From contig CAYQFS010000002.1 of the NCBI GenBank assembly GCA_964416985.1, positions 1-55,154 of the forward strand: a stretch of 55,154 nt of DNA, in the 5' to 3' direction. Of this stretch, positions 9,523 to 19,151 are shown in pieces (the first letter of the stretch is position 1; the number at the start of each line of letters is the position of its first letter). The stretch is from an uncultured Candidatus Saccharibacteria bacterium (GTDB taxonomy: Bacteria; Patescibacteriota; Minisyncoccia; Phycocordibacterales; PALSA-1337). The notes under the pieces are model-generated. The model worked only from the letters and a program-made list of their open reading frames with translations, ran no database searches and was not told where the DNA came from. The position numbers and the translations under genes were made by a program.

Positions 9523-10038
9523 ATGAATAAAGAACATACAAATAATATTGTAATTTACGAGGATAAGAAAGGGAATATTGAGTTGAGGGCGGATATTGAA
9601 AAGGATACGATTTGGGCGACGCAGGAGCAGATTAGTAAGTTGTTTGAATGCGAGAGAAGTGTTATTACGAAACACCTCAGGAATATCTTTAAAGACCAAG
9701 AACTACAAGAAAATTCAGTATGTGCAAAACTTGCACATACTGCTACGGATGGTAAGAGGTATAAAGTTCAATGTTACAACCTCGACGCCATCATTGCAGT
9801 CGGTTATCGTGTCAATTCCAAGAAAGCCACCCAATTCCGTATCTGGGCGACAGGGATATTGAAAAGGTATCTCGTCGAAGGACATGTACTCAATAAACGC
9901 AGACTCGAGGAAGCACCTCAGAAGCTTCTCGGTCTTTATGAGACAATTGCACTTCTTGAGTCGAAAGCCCTTGGTGGAAAATTGAGAGGCAAATTAACCT
10001 TAAAATTAACTGAGGAACTTGAACCACTCGAAAAGTAG
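9523..10038 (+). CDS. RhuM-family DNA-binding protein (N-terminal domain only)
   Basis: TIWATQEQISKLF, YNLDAIIAVGYRVNSKKATQFRIWA motifs. Confidence 0.85.
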   Translation: MNKEHTNNIVIYEDKKGNIELRADIEKDTIWATQEQISKLFECERSVITKHLRNIFKDQELQENSVCAKLAHTATDGKRYKVQCYNLDAIIAVGYRVNSKKATQFRIWATGILKRYLVEGHVLNKRRLEEAPQKLLGLYETIALLESKALGGKLRGKLTLKLTEELEPLEK

Positions 10039-10086
10039 CCTCTTACTATCCACATATCCATTTTACCAACATGGTATACTAGTGCC

Positions 10087-10878
10087 ATGAAAGAAAAAGT
10101 TCTCATTGCCTTGAGTGATGTCTCGCTCGCCACTCTCATTTCTCAGAAGCTTTCCTCAGAAGGCTACAAACCATCGGTTGCTAAAACTGGGGAAGAAGCG
10201 CTCGAACAAATGAAGAATTCAAGTCCCGATCTTGTTCTCATTGACCTTGTTTTGCCAGGCAAAAACGGCTACGACGTTCTTTCTGAAAAAAGTTTTGAAA
10301 GAACCATTACAAAAATTCCTGTTATCATTATTTCAAATACCGGGGCACCGATCGAGATGAGAAGAATTCCTTCAACGACGAGTGTTAAGGACTACATTAT
10401 CAAAGCTCATGTAGAGGTTTCGGATGTTATGGAAAAAGTGGCAAAAGTTTTTGGCTATCAAGGTGGAGCTACTGTCCCAAGAGAGACTCGTGACGATGCT
10501 TCCGCAGGAAATGGAAAAAAGATTCTCTGGGCTGAGGATGATAAATTTTTAAGCTCAATTCTTTTGAAGAAATTTGAGTCATCGGGCTATACAGTTATGA
10601 AGGCCGACAATGGGGATCAAGCTCTCGAAATGATTCACAATACTACTCCAGATATAGTAGTTCTCGATATTCTTCTTCCGGGACTTAGCGGTTTCGATAT
10701 TCTCCAAAAGATTCATATGGAAGAAAAATTTAGAACGATCCCCGTCATCATGCTCTCAAATATGAGCCGCCCAAGTGATCTCGAAAAAGCCAAGATGCTC
10801 GGTGCCCAAAAGTTTCTCGTAAAAGCAGCAGTTTCTCTCGACCAAATTGTCAAAGAGGTAGCGAGTCTCATTAAATAG
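10087..10878 (+). CDS. tandem receiver-domain (REC-REC) response regulator
   Basis: two CheY-like domains (DLVLIDLVLPGKNG; AEDD...DIVVLDILLPG), no output domain. Confidence 0.88.
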   Translation: MKEKVLIALSDVSLATLISQKLSSEGYKPSVAKTGEEALEQMKNSSPDLVLIDLVLPGKNGYDVLSEKSFERTITKIPVIIISNTGAPIEMRRIPSTTSVKDYIIKAHVEVSDVMEKVAKVFGYQGGATVPRETRDDASAGNGKKILWAEDDKFLSSILLKKFESSGYTVMKADNGDQALEMIHNTTPDIVVLDILLPGLSGFDILQKIHMEEKFRTIPVIMLSNMSRPSDLEKAKMLGAQKFLVKAAVSLDQIVKEVASLIK

Positions 10879-10895
10879 TTTTATATAAAAGCAAA

Positions 10896-10915
10896 CCGCC
10901 AGTGTGACCTGGCGG
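10896..10915. terminator. terminator between convergent genes
   Basis: CCGCCAG-tgtgac-CTGGCGG stem. Confidence 0.6.
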
Positions 10916-10922
10916 CTTGTTG

Positions 10923-11480
10923 TTATGGTGAGGGTGGACGCTCGATTTCGATAATATGATGAGCAATAGCAAATCGTGTGAGGCCTGCGACATTGTGGAT
11001 ACCAAGCTTTCTCATGATTCTTTCGCGGTGTGTCTCGACAGTTCTCACTCCGATATTCATCAGTACAGCGATTTCCTTATTGGAAAATCCTTCCGCGATC
11101 AATTTCAAGGTCTCGTTTTCTCTTTCTGAAAGCGTTGGCGACAGTTGTCCGTTATTGCCGTATAGCTTGTCTAGAAGGTGTAATGAATCCTGTGGTATTC
11201 CTGGGGTTTTTTTAAAAGAATCACATAAATCCCTTAGCGCAATAAGAACTATATGATCTTCAGCTTTAATGTCCGGAGAGACTTCGGTGTAAGATATACT
11301 TCTGGCTAATTGTCGAGCGATCAATTTTAAAAGTGAAAGCTCGAATGTATTAATAAGTCTATTTTGTGTTCCTTGTCCGAGGATCAAGCCGCAGATTTCG
11401 ATGAGTTTTATCTGTTCTCTACGAAGTGGCTCAGCCGCTCTTATGGTGGTTGAATTGAGAGTAATGGCGTTGGCATTCAT
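10923..11480 (-). CDS. LuxR-family HTH regulator with unknown N-terminal domain
   Basis: C-terminal LSERENETLKLIAEGFSNKEIA...TVETHRERIMRKL; start moved to ATG 11480 because a TTGACA-N18-TACCAT promoter overlaps the longer ORF start. Confidence 0.82.
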   Translation of the reverse strand: MNANAITLNSTTIRAAEPLRREQIKLIEICGLILGQGTQNRLINTFELSLLKLIARQLARSISYTEVSPDIKAEDHIVLIALRDLCDSFKKTPGIPQDSLHLLDKLYGNNGQLSPTLSERENETLKLIAEGFSNKEIAVLMNIGVRTVETHRERIMRKLGIHNVAGLTRFAIAHHIIEIERPPSP

Positions 11481-11579
11481 ATTTTTCAAGGGGTTGTGGG
11501 TTAAACATCTCTTCCCGCATGGTAGCTTGGAGATATGCCTGTTGTCAATCACTCAAATTTGTGATAATATCCTCCCATT

Positions 11580-14195
11580 ATGGCTGGATCCAAAAAGACA
11601 TCTTTTCATGCTGAAGGCAATATGGAAGGAAAAAACAGTGACAAAATCATTGTTAAGGGAGCTCGTACTCACAATTTGAAAAATATTACCGTCGAGATGC
11701 CTCGAAACAAGATGATTGCCATCACTGGGCTTTCAGGATCAGGGAAATCATCACTTGCATTCGATACGATTTTTGCAGAAGGGCAGAGACGATATATAGA
11801 ATCACTTTCTTCGTATGCTCGACAGTTCCTCCGCCAAATGCAAAAACCTGATGTCGATGAGATCATAGGACTTTCACCAGCTATTTCCATTGACCAAAAG
11901 TCCCGCTCAAATAATCCTCGTTCGACTGTTGCGACTATTACAGAAATTTACGACTACCTTCGAATTCTCTTTGCTCGAGTCGGGAAACCTCACTGTCTCG
12001 TCTGTGGGAGGGAAATTCATCGTATTTCAAAAGAGGAAATTTTCAATACCGTTTTGAAACAAGTTCTTTCTCATGAAAAGTCTGGGAAAAAAGTAATGGG
12101 AGTTGAGGTTAGTGCTCAGAAAGTTCTCATTTACGCTCCGGTTATCGTGGGGAGGAAAGGAGAGTACTACCAGCTTCTCTACGACCTTCTTGGGAAAGGT
12201 TATGACCGTGTAAAAATTGATGGAAAAGTTATGCGCCTTCGTGAGCAGATTATTCTCGATAAAAACAAGAAGCATGACATTGACGTTCTTGTTGATGAAA
12301 TATTCTTGAGCGAATTTAAGGACAAAAAGCAGTCGGGAAATGCCAAGGAGCGTCTCTCAGAGGCTCTTGAAAAGGCGATTGATGAAGCCCAGGGTCTTAT
12401 TAAAATAGAATTTCCTGATGAGGAAAAACTGATGTCCGTAAAGTTCATGTGTCCATATGATGGCTTTTCATATCCAGAAATAGAGCCCCGCCTGTTTTCC
12501 TTCAATTCACCGTATGGGGCCTGCCCTACCTGCAATGGTCTTGGAACAAAAGAATTTTTCAGTGATGAAGAATGTCCTTCATGTAAGGGTGCCCGTCTTC
12601 GTGAAGAGGCTCTCTTCGTAAAAATTGGAGACAGGAATATTGTAAATGTCACGGCGCTTTCGATTGAAGAAGCAAAAAATTTCTTCGAGAAAATTACTTT
12701 GACTGAGACAGAAAAGGAAATTGCAAAAGTTATCTTGAAGGAAATTGAATCTCGTCTCCAGTTTATGCTCAATGTAGGTATTGAATATCTCACACTCGAC
12801 CGCCGTGCTCACACGCTCTCGGGTGGAGAAGCGCAGAGAATTCGTCTTGCCTCACAGCTCGGTTCCGGCCTCGTCGGAGCTCTCTATGTGCTTGATGAAC
12901 CGACAATCGGGCTTCATCAGCGGGACAATGATCGTCTCATCAAGACGCTTGTTGATCTTCGTGATCTCGGGAATACCATCATCGTTGTTGAACATGATGA
13001 AGATACAATGTTTGCATCCGATTACATCATTGATATTGGTCCAGGAGCTGGAGTTCACGGAGGTAAGGTTGTTGTTTCCGGATACCTCGACGAACTTTTG
13101 ACTGCAAAGAAAAATGACTCAGATTCCCTTACACTCTCATACCTTCGAGGGGAGACGAAGATCGATCTTCCGGAGACTCGTCGAGAGCCAAAGGGTAAAA
13201 TCATGATTCGAGGTGGAAATATATTTAATATAAAGAATTTGAATATTGATATTCCTCTCGGTTGTTTCAATGTTATCACAGGAGTTTCTGGTTCGGGAAA
13301 ATCATCCTTTATGTATGAAATTCTTTACAAAAATCTCCAGGGTCAGCTCGAACGAAGGCACCGCACGTCACAGATTTATAATGCTGAAAGTTTTACCGGA
13401 GGCGAATACCTCGGCCGAACAATTCTCATTGATCAGTCACCAATTGGCCGAACACCTCGGTCAAATCCTGTCACATACACTGGAGCATGGCAGCACATCC
13501 GTGATCTTTTTGCCGCATCCGATGAAGCACGAGCACGAGGCTGGGGTCCAGGGCGATTCTCCTTTAATGTAAAAGGTGGTCGATGCGAAGCTTGCCAGGG
13601 TAATGGAGAAATTGCCGTTGAAATGCACTTCCTTCCGACTGTTTATGTCCCCTGTGAGGTCTGCGGTGGAAAGAGATTTATGAAAGAAACTCTTGAGGTT
13701 AAATATAAGGGAAAGAGTGTCCATGATGTGCTTCACATGACAATCGAAGAGTCGATGAAATTCTTTGAAGATATTCCTGCTGTGAGTGATCGTCTCGAGA
13801 CTCTTTCTCAAGTTGGTCTCGGGTATCTTCAGCTTGGTCAGTCTGCAACCACCCTTTCGGGCGGAGAAGCCCAACGTGTAAAGATTTCTGCAGAGCTCTA
13901 TCGTGCTCATCTCCAGAAGACTATTTACCTTCTCGACGAACCGACAGTTGGTCTTCACTACGAGGATGTTCGAAAGCTCATCGAAATTCTCCAGCACTTG
14001 GTTGAAAAGGGAAATACTGTTGTTGTGATTGAACACAACCTCGATCTCATCAAATCTTCTGACTATATTATCGACATTGGACCTGAGGGAGGGGATAAGG
14101 GAGGAAAAATAGTTGCAAAAGGGACGCCAGAGGATGTTGCACGAAATGAAAAGTCGTATACAGGAAAATATTTGAAAAGGGTTTTGAAGAAATAA
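11580..14195 (+). CDS. uvrA: excinuclease ABC subunit A
   Basis: two ABC modules ([26 protein letters not shown] x2) and zinc fingers. Confidence 0.98.
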   Translation: MAGSKKTSFHAEGNMEGKNSDKIIVKGARTHNLKNITVEMPRNKMIAITGLSGSGKSSLAFDTIFAEGQRRYIESLSSYARQFLRQMQKPDVDEIIGLSPAISIDQKSRSNNPRSTVATITEIYDYLRILFARVGKPHCLVCGREIHRISKEEIFNTVLKQVLSHEKSGKKVMGVEVSAQKVLIYAPVIVGRKGEYYQLLYDLLGKGYDRVKIDGKVMRLREQIILDKNKKHDIDVLVDEIFLSEFKDKKQSGNAKERLSEALEKAIDEAQGLIKIEFPDEEKLMSVKFMCPYDGFSYPEIEPRLFSFNSPYGACPTCNGLGTKEFFSDEECPSCKGARLREEALFVKIGDRNIVNVTALSIEEAKNFFEKITLTETEKEIAKVILKEIESRLQFMLNVGIEYLTLDRRAHTLSGGEAQRIRLASQLGSGLVGALYVLDEPTIGLHQRDNDRLIKTLVDLRDLGNTIIVVEHDEDTMFASDYIIDIGPGAGVHGGKVVVSGYLDELLTAKKNDSDSLTLSYLRGETKIDLPETRREPKGKIMIRGGNIFNIKNLNIDIPLGCFNVITGVSGSGKSSFMYEILYKNLQGQLERRHRTSQIYNAESFTGGEYLGRTILIDQSPIGRTPRSNPVTYTGAWQHIRDLFAASDEARARGWGPGRFSFNVKGGRCEACQGNGEIAVEMHFLPTVYVPCEVCGGKRFMKETLEVKYKGKSVHDVLHMTIEESMKFFEDIPAVSDRLETLSQVGLGYLQLGQSATTLSGGEAQRVKISAELYRAHLQKTIYLLDEPTVGLHYEDVRKLIEILQHLVEKGNTVVVIEHNLDLIKSSDYIIDIGPEGGDKGGKIVAKGTPEDVARNEKSYTGKYLKRVLKK

Positions 14196-14200
14196 AAAAC

Positions 14201-14226
14201 AGCCGGTAGTCGTAAGGACTCCGGCT
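14201..14226. terminator. terminator between convergent genes
   Basis: AGCCGG-t-AGTC-gtaag-GACT-CCGGCT stem with flanking A-tract. Confidence 0.6.
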
Positions 14227-14246
14227 ATTCTGAGTTAACTCGCTCT

Positions 14247-14657
14247 TTACTTTCCAGCCTCTGCTAATGGAAGGAAATCCAGTTGTGCGAGAGCGTGGTC
14301 AAGTATGTCGTGTGTGAACGGTTTTTTGATTTCGACCGTTCTCCATTGTACCTGAAACATGTCGAGGAGGTCGGGGATTAGCTGATGTGCTGACATCAAT
14401 ATGATTCGAGATTCCTTGGGGATGATGTTTTCAGTGGCTAGGGTGTGGCTAAAGCCATCTGGTAGGGCAAAATCCAGGAAAATAAGGTCAAATGTCTCTT
14501 GTGCAAGTAGTTTGCTTGTTTCCGCAAGTGATTTTGCACTAAAAATCTGAGATGGAAGTTCGCCATACCCCTTCTGAAGGGTTCTTCTGAGGCCTTGTGC
14601 GACCAAATCTTCATCCTCAACAATGAGGATGCGAGCTTCGATTGATAATTTTTTCAT
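14247..14657 (-). CDS. single-domain response regulator (CheY-like)
   Basis: ILIVEDED, DLIFLDFALPDG, IILMSA, KKPF. Confidence 0.85.
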   Translation of the reverse strand: MKKLSIEARILIVEDEDLVAQGLRRTLQKGYGELPSQIFSAKSLAETSKLLAQETFDLIFLDFALPDGFSHTLATENIIPKESRIILMSAHQLIPDLLDMFQVQWRTVEIKKPFTHDILDHALAQLDFLPLAEAGK

Positions 14658-14770
14658 GAACTAGGCTTTCTGAGATTGTTGTTGTGTGGGTTGTCTGTCA
14701 ATAAAATACTATCAAGAATGTATTATGTCAATGGCACCTGTGAACAACAATGTGTACAGAATAAAAAACA

Positions 14771-14797
14771 CGCAGCGAAGTCCTGTGACTTGCTGCG
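14771..14797 (-). terminator. intrinsic terminator
   Basis: CGCAGC-g-AAGTC-ctgt-GACTT-GCTGCG with upstream plus-strand A-tract. Confidence 0.6.
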
Positions 14798-14820
14798 CGC
14801 TTGCTGTACGCTACTTTCCT

Positions 14821-15366
14821 TCAGACTCTGACTAAACTTATTCCTTCGTCGTGAAGGGTTTGTCTAAGCTCATTAAAATCTGATGGAGCCTTTATTACCT
14901 TGGGCCTCTGTTCACCAATTATCTTTGTCATGAGCTGAAATATCGTTGCCACTTTGTCGTGAGAAACAATGACAACTTCTAGCTCCTTGGTCCGCTCGTT
15001 ACTATGAAGCCTGCGGTAAAATTGAACGACGTGGTCAATTTGACTATCCTGATCAACGATGACAAACACCAGTTCGAAGGTGTGTATCATTGTCATTGAT
15101 AACGCTGTCTCAAGTTCGCACATACATTCGCAACTCAAAACACCCACCATTGTTATCATCAGCCCAAATTCTTCCACATTCTTTTCATTACCATCCCCCG
15201 TTACCAGAATTGATTTATGGGACATTTTTGCCTTTCGTAATTGGTTTTTCCTACTTAATCTGAAATTGAGAGTAGCACGAATATCCAAATCAGTCAAATT
15301 CGATCTCTCCAAGAAAAAACAGGCATTCCTTACGGTTTGCCTGTTTCTGATATTCACCGACATCAT
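14821..15366 (-). CDS. atypical (pseudo-)receiver-like protein
   Basis: beta/alpha pattern SILVTGD...FELVFVIVD...VVIVS...VIKAP resembles REC without a canonical phospho-Asp; start at ATGA overlap 15366 (alternative 15225). Confidence 0.5.
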   Translation of the reverse strand: MMSVNIRNRQTVRNACFFLERSNLTDLDIRATLNFRLSRKNQLRKAKMSHKSILVTGDGNEKNVEEFGLMITMVGVLSCECMCELETALSMTMIHTFELVFVIVDQDSQIDHVVQFYRRLHSNERTKELEVVIVSHDKVATIFQLMTKIIGEQRPKVIKAPSDFNELRQTLHDEGISLVRV

Positions 15367-15629
15367 ATTCCTTCTTCTCCAGTCTCCGTATTTTGATCCT
15401 TGTTGGCGGAATCTGAAAGGCTCCAGCATAACAACAGGACGAGGAACTCGAAGAATATTTCCTTTGTCCAGTTGACGATTCCTCCAACCCAATAGGGGAT
15501 TTTGCACATGAGCCACCATATACACTGGAGTATGAAGATAAAGAGCAATCCGAATACAGCAGTGGTGCGGTTCTCGAAAAAGTCCATCTCTTCGTAGCCT
15601 GGCGGTGTGCTGTCCTGTATGTTTTTCAT
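15363..15629 (-). CDS. small membrane protein
   Basis: 88 aa, hydrophobic core, AGGAGG SD, TAATG coupling to the upstream gene. Confidence 0.6.
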   Translation of the reverse strand: MKNIQDSTPPGYEEMDFFENRTTAVFGLLFIFILQCIWWLMCKIPYWVGGIVNWTKEIFFEFLVLLLCWSLSDSANKDQNTETGEEGI

Positions 15630-15799
15630 TACAACCTCCTTTCGCTAGTCACCCAGTCCAACACAATCTTCGCAGAGGCGAGACTTATGGCGATGAGAAG
15701 TGTTGTGACGAATCCCGCTTCGTACAGTGAAGCTATTCCCATGGTTACCCAAAGGAAGGTGAGCGGCCAGTATTCGACTGCATAGAGGAGTAGTTTCAT
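15629..15799 (-). CDS. small membrane protein (56 aa)
   Basis: MKLLLYAVEYW... start 15799 with GGAGGAG SD and ATGA overlap; 2 TM. Confidence 0.6.
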   Translation of the reverse strand: MKLLLYAVEYWPLTFLWVTMGIASLYEAGFVTTLLIAISLASAKIVLDWVTSERRL

Positions 15800-16014
15800 G
15801 ATCTCCTCCCTGCGTTTCGCTTTAGCCTGCGCTCTTTTGATTGGATAAAAAGACAACTGATTCCAAAAACGATGGCAAGGAGGGCGATAATTATTCCGAT
15901 AGCCGACCAAAACGTCTTTGTCCCAAGAGTCACCCAGAATCCAAAAAAGAATAGGAAGAACAGTATGATGGGAGCAATGCACGATAGTCTTTCAAAAAAG
16001 GTTTTTCCATCCAT
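15796..16014 (-). CDS. small membrane protein (72 aa)
   Basis: 2 TM plus basic tail, GAGGTG SD. Confidence 0.6.
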   Translation of the reverse strand: MDGKTFFERLSCIAPIILFFLFFFGFWVTLGTKTFWSAIGIIIALLAIVFGISCLFIQSKERRLKRNAGRRS

Positions 16015-16086
16015 AAATCACCTCACAAGGTTTCAGTGACAAGCTACATGCTTGCCAAGGTCTCATATATTGATACTATGTAAATC

Positions 16087-17310
16087 ATGAAGAGTCAATC
16101 ATATGACAGTGCACAACTTCCTGATGCTCCTGGAGTCTATTTCTTTAAAAACAAGGAGGGAAAAATTCTCTATATTGGCAGAGCGACATCACTTCACGAC
16201 CGGGTGAAGAGCTATTTTGGTAATGACCTTATTCGTACAAGAGGACCGCTTCTCGTCGACATGGTGACGGAAGCAGAGGTAATTGAATACGAAGAAACTG
16301 ACTCTGTTCTTGAGGCGATCATCCTTGAGAGCAATTTGATAAAGGAGCATCAGCCGTACTTCAATACAAAGGAAAAAGATAATAAAAGCTACAACTATGT
16401 CATTATTACCGAAGAAGAATATCCGCGCGTTCTTCTTGTGCGAGGTAGGACACTTGAAGTAGTAAAGAAGGAACTTCTTAAGTTTAAAATAAAAAATCAG
16501 TTTGGACCGTATCCTCAAGGGTCGCTTCTCCGCGAAGCACTTCGCATTGTAAGAAAAATTTTCCCGTTCAGGGATGCAAAGGCACTCATTCCTCACCAGG
16601 AATCTTTCTACCGCTCCCTCGGTCTTTCTCCAAAGACAGATTCTCCCGAAGCAAAAAAGGAATACCTGAGAACAATCAGGAATCTCACTATCTTTTTTCA
16701 AGGAAAGAAAAAGGAGCTTGTAAAAACTCTTGATAAGGAAATGGCAGCGTATGCCGCTCACAAGGAATTTGAAAAGGCAGGCGAAATTAAAAAAACTCTT
16801 TATGCTCTGAGTCACATTGAAGATGTGGCTCTCATTAAAACAGAGTCAAGCACAAAAAGAGAGGGCTTTCGAATCGAAGCGTACGACATTGCTCATATGT
16901 CAGGAAAAAATGTTGTTGGAGTAATGACGGTTGCCTATGATTTTGAAATTGAGAAATCCGAGTATAAAAAGTTTCGAGTCTCCAAAAGCGTGAATGATGA
17001 CACAGGAAATCTAAAAGAGATACTCACTCGCCGACTCAGACATGCTGAATGGGGAATGCCAAGCCTCATCGTCGTCGATGGTGGACTGGGGCAATTGAAT
17101 GCGGCACAGGAAATCGTCACAATGTTTGGTCTGAACATTCCTCTTGTTTCTGTCATTAAAAATGACGCTCACAAACCAAGCTACTTTTTGGGAAATGAAG
17201 AATTGGCTCTGAAATACAAAGATATTATTTTAAAGCTTAATGCTGAGGCGCATCGGTTTGGTATTGCCTATCATAAAAATCTTAGAAAAAGGAACTTCTT
17301 GAAGCCATAA
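16087..17310 (+). CDS. uvrC: excinuclease ABC subunit C (short, no C-terminal HhH)
   Basis: GIY-YIG (PGVYFF...LYIGRA), UVR region, RNase H-like IEAYDIAH...IVVDGG, EAHRF. Confidence 0.93.
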   Translation: MKSQSYDSAQLPDAPGVYFFKNKEGKILYIGRATSLHDRVKSYFGNDLIRTRGPLLVDMVTEAEVIEYEETDSVLEAIILESNLIKEHQPYFNTKEKDNKSYNYVIITEEEYPRVLLVRGRTLEVVKKELLKFKIKNQFGPYPQGSLLREALRIVRKIFPFRDAKALIPHQESFYRSLGLSPKTDSPEAKKEYLRTIRNLTIFFQGKKKELVKTLDKEMAAYAAHKEFEKAGEIKKTLYALSHIEDVALIKTESSTKREGFRIEAYDIAHMSGKNVVGVMTVAYDFEIEKSEYKKFRVSKSVNDDTGNLKEILTRRLRHAEWGMPSLIVVDGGLGQLNAAQEIVTMFGLNIPLVSVIKNDAHKPSYFLGNEELALKYKDIILKLNAEAHRFGIAYHKNLRKRNFLKP

Positions 17311-17329
17311 TTTGTATGGAAAGGCTGCA

Positions 17330-17358
17330 TTGCATTTACATGGGGAATGTGTTATGAT
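17330..17358 (+). promoter_or_regulatory. sigma70 promoter TTGCAT-N17-TATGAT
   Basis: near-consensus hexamers with 17-nt spacer and TG extension. Confidence 0.6.
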
Positions 17359-17363
17359 GTTTG

Positions 17364-17525
17364 CAGGTTGTTTTTTTCCTTCTCGTGGTTCCTCCGATGT
17401 TAGACATCCATGCATCGATGTCGTCGAGGTGTTGCGAGAAGGAACTTACTTGGTCCGGGCATGTTTGAACCTATAGGTTGCCATCGCGTGGTGGTTAAAA
17501 AGGTTCGTCAGCCCGGGCCTTTTTC
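17364..17525 (+). ncRNA. candidate structured small RNA (family unassigned)
   Basis: own promoter; long hairpins 17376-17444 and 17452-17519; terminal T-tract; ddl has a separate -10. Confidence 0.4.
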
Positions 17526-17577
17526 TTTTCCATCTTTCCCATTCTTTTTAAATACAATTGTTTGCTATACTTATTCC

Positions 17578-18516
17578 ATGAAAGCATCTCACCCACTTCG
17601 TGTTGCAGTTCTTCGCGGAGGACCGAGCGATGAATTTGACGTTTCGCTCAAAACAGGGGCGACTGTCATTGAACATATTCCAAAAGATTTTTATCATGTC
17701 CAAGATATTGTCATTGCCAGCGATGGAGTCTGGCACAAGAACGGCGTTCCTATTACTCCGCACAAAGCTATTTCTCAAACTGACATCATTTTTAATGCTC
17801 TTCACGGTGCATATGGCGAAGACGGAAAGCTCCAGCATATTCTCGAACTTCACCGAATTCCTTTTACGGGTTCTGGTTCTTTTGCTTCTGCTGTGGCTAT
17901 GAACAAGGTACTTGCAAAAGAGGTGTTTAAAAAGAGTGGAATTAAAACTCCACAGTATAAAGTTGCTCGTGCAGCTGACAGACTTTCTTCAAGTGATCAC
18001 GCTACTCTCTTTCGTACATTCTCATTGCCGTTCATCGTGAAGCCAGTTTCGAGTGGTTCATCCGTTGGTGTTACGCTTGTCAAAGATTTTGCTTCGTTTG
18101 AACCGGCACTTCAAAATGTCTTTGCTCTCGATAATGATGCTCTCATCGAAGAGTTTATTCCGGGAGTTGAGGCAACCGTTGGGATAATCGAGGGGTACCG
18201 TGACCATGATCTCTATGCTCTACCTCCAATCGAGATACGTCAGTCAGATAAAATTGTCCCCGGTAACTTTTCTCATGATATTAAAAAAGAACTCGAGGAT
18301 CTTGCACGCAAGGTTCATAGCGTCCTTGACCTTCGCCACTATTCCCGCACCGATTTTATCGTCACACCAAAGAGAGGGATTTTTGTTCTCGAGGTCAATA
18401 CCTTGCCTGGTCTCACTTCAGAATCCCTTATTCCAAGGGCTCTTTACTCAGTTGGCTCATCGCTCTCTCATTTTCTTGATCATCTTTTAAAGCTTGCGGT
18501 GGGGAAGAAGAGGTAA
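17578..18516 (+). CDS. ddl: D-alanine--D-alanine ligase family protein
   Basis: GGPSDEFDVSL, ALHGAYGEDG, KPVSSGSSVG, EVNTLPGLT; ATG 17578 follows TGCTATACT. Confidence 0.92.
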   Translation: MKASHPLRVAVLRGGPSDEFDVSLKTGATVIEHIPKDFYHVQDIVIASDGVWHKNGVPITPHKAISQTDIIFNALHGAYGEDGKLQHILELHRIPFTGSGSFASAVAMNKVLAKEVFKKSGIKTPQYKVARAADRLSSSDHATLFRTFSLPFIVKPVSSGSSVGVTLVKDFASFEPALQNVFALDNDALIEEFIPGVEATVGIIEGYRDHDLYALPPIEIRQSDKIVPGNFSHDIKKELEDLARKVHSVLDLRHYSRTDFIVTPKRGIFVLEVNTLPGLTSESLIPRALYSVGSSLSHFLDHLLKLAVGKKR

Positions 18517-18583
18517 GGCGGTTCCGGCTTTGATTTTTAATACGAAATACGCTATATTACTCCTGTTAGGAAAGTATGTAATT

Positions 18584-18656
18584 GGGCCCTTAGCTCATCT
18601 GGTAGAGCACCTCATTTGCAATGAGGGGGTGGCAGGTTCGAGTCCTGTAGGGTCCA
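18584..18656 (+). tRNA. tRNA-Ala(TGC)
   Basis: cloverleaf: acceptor GGGCCCT/AGGGTCC with G3:U70, anticodon arm CCTCA-TTTGCAA-TGAGG, T arm GCAGG-TTCGAGT-CCTGT; CCA not encoded. Confidence 0.96.
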
Positions 18657-18683
18657 CAACGATTTGTGTTATAATACAATCAA

Positions 18684-18974
18684 ATGGGACTAATACTTAT
18701 CTTCATTATATTTCCGGTAGCATTTGTATTTTTTATTTCAGTAAAGTTATTTAGAAATAAAAGATTAGTAATTTCGTCAAGCCGTGAAGTTTCCGGAGTT
18801 TTTGTGAAAATACTCGCTTGGATTTATTTACTAATTGGTATTATTGCTACGACACAGTTTTTTTATTTTGGTGATAATCTTAGCGCAAGCACAAAGATGT
18901 ATCCATTATTTGGAATTATAATAGTAAGTGCTACCATTGTCAGTGTATTTTTTAGTAAATCTCGCCAACCTTAA
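18684..18974 (+). CDS. hypothetical membrane protein (3 TM)
   Basis: 96 aa hydrophobic; TGT-TATAAT 8 nt before ATG. Confidence 0.7.
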   Translation: MGLILIFIIFPVAFVFFISVKLFRNKRLVISSSREVSGVFVKILAWIYLLIGIIATTQFFYFGDNLSASTKMYPLFGIIIVSATIVSVFFSKSRQP

Positions 18975-19151
18975 TTTAAGGTGAGAATTATGACCGAGTC
19001 CTGTAGGATATATCTCATATCGTAATTTGTTTCAAAGCTAATGAACCATTATGGACATATTGACTTTACTGTTCTAGTATGTTATTATTAACGTAGAACC
19101 ACAGAACGTGGAACTAGGAAGACATTCCTGAACCTTGAACTAGGAGTAATT

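Noticed and set aside
17378-17442. Shared CCTTCTCG/CGAGAAGG core between the candidate ncRNA and the repeat at 47822/55136
   Set aside because: Only 8 nt match with different flanks; could be chance.
17410-17577. N-terminal extension of ddl in the ORF track
   Set aside because: It overlaps the structured region; homology and a -10 element point to ATG 17578.
19096-19140. LexA box
   Set aside because: Only GAAC direct repeats at irregular spacing; neither GAAC-N4-GTTC nor an 11-bp period.
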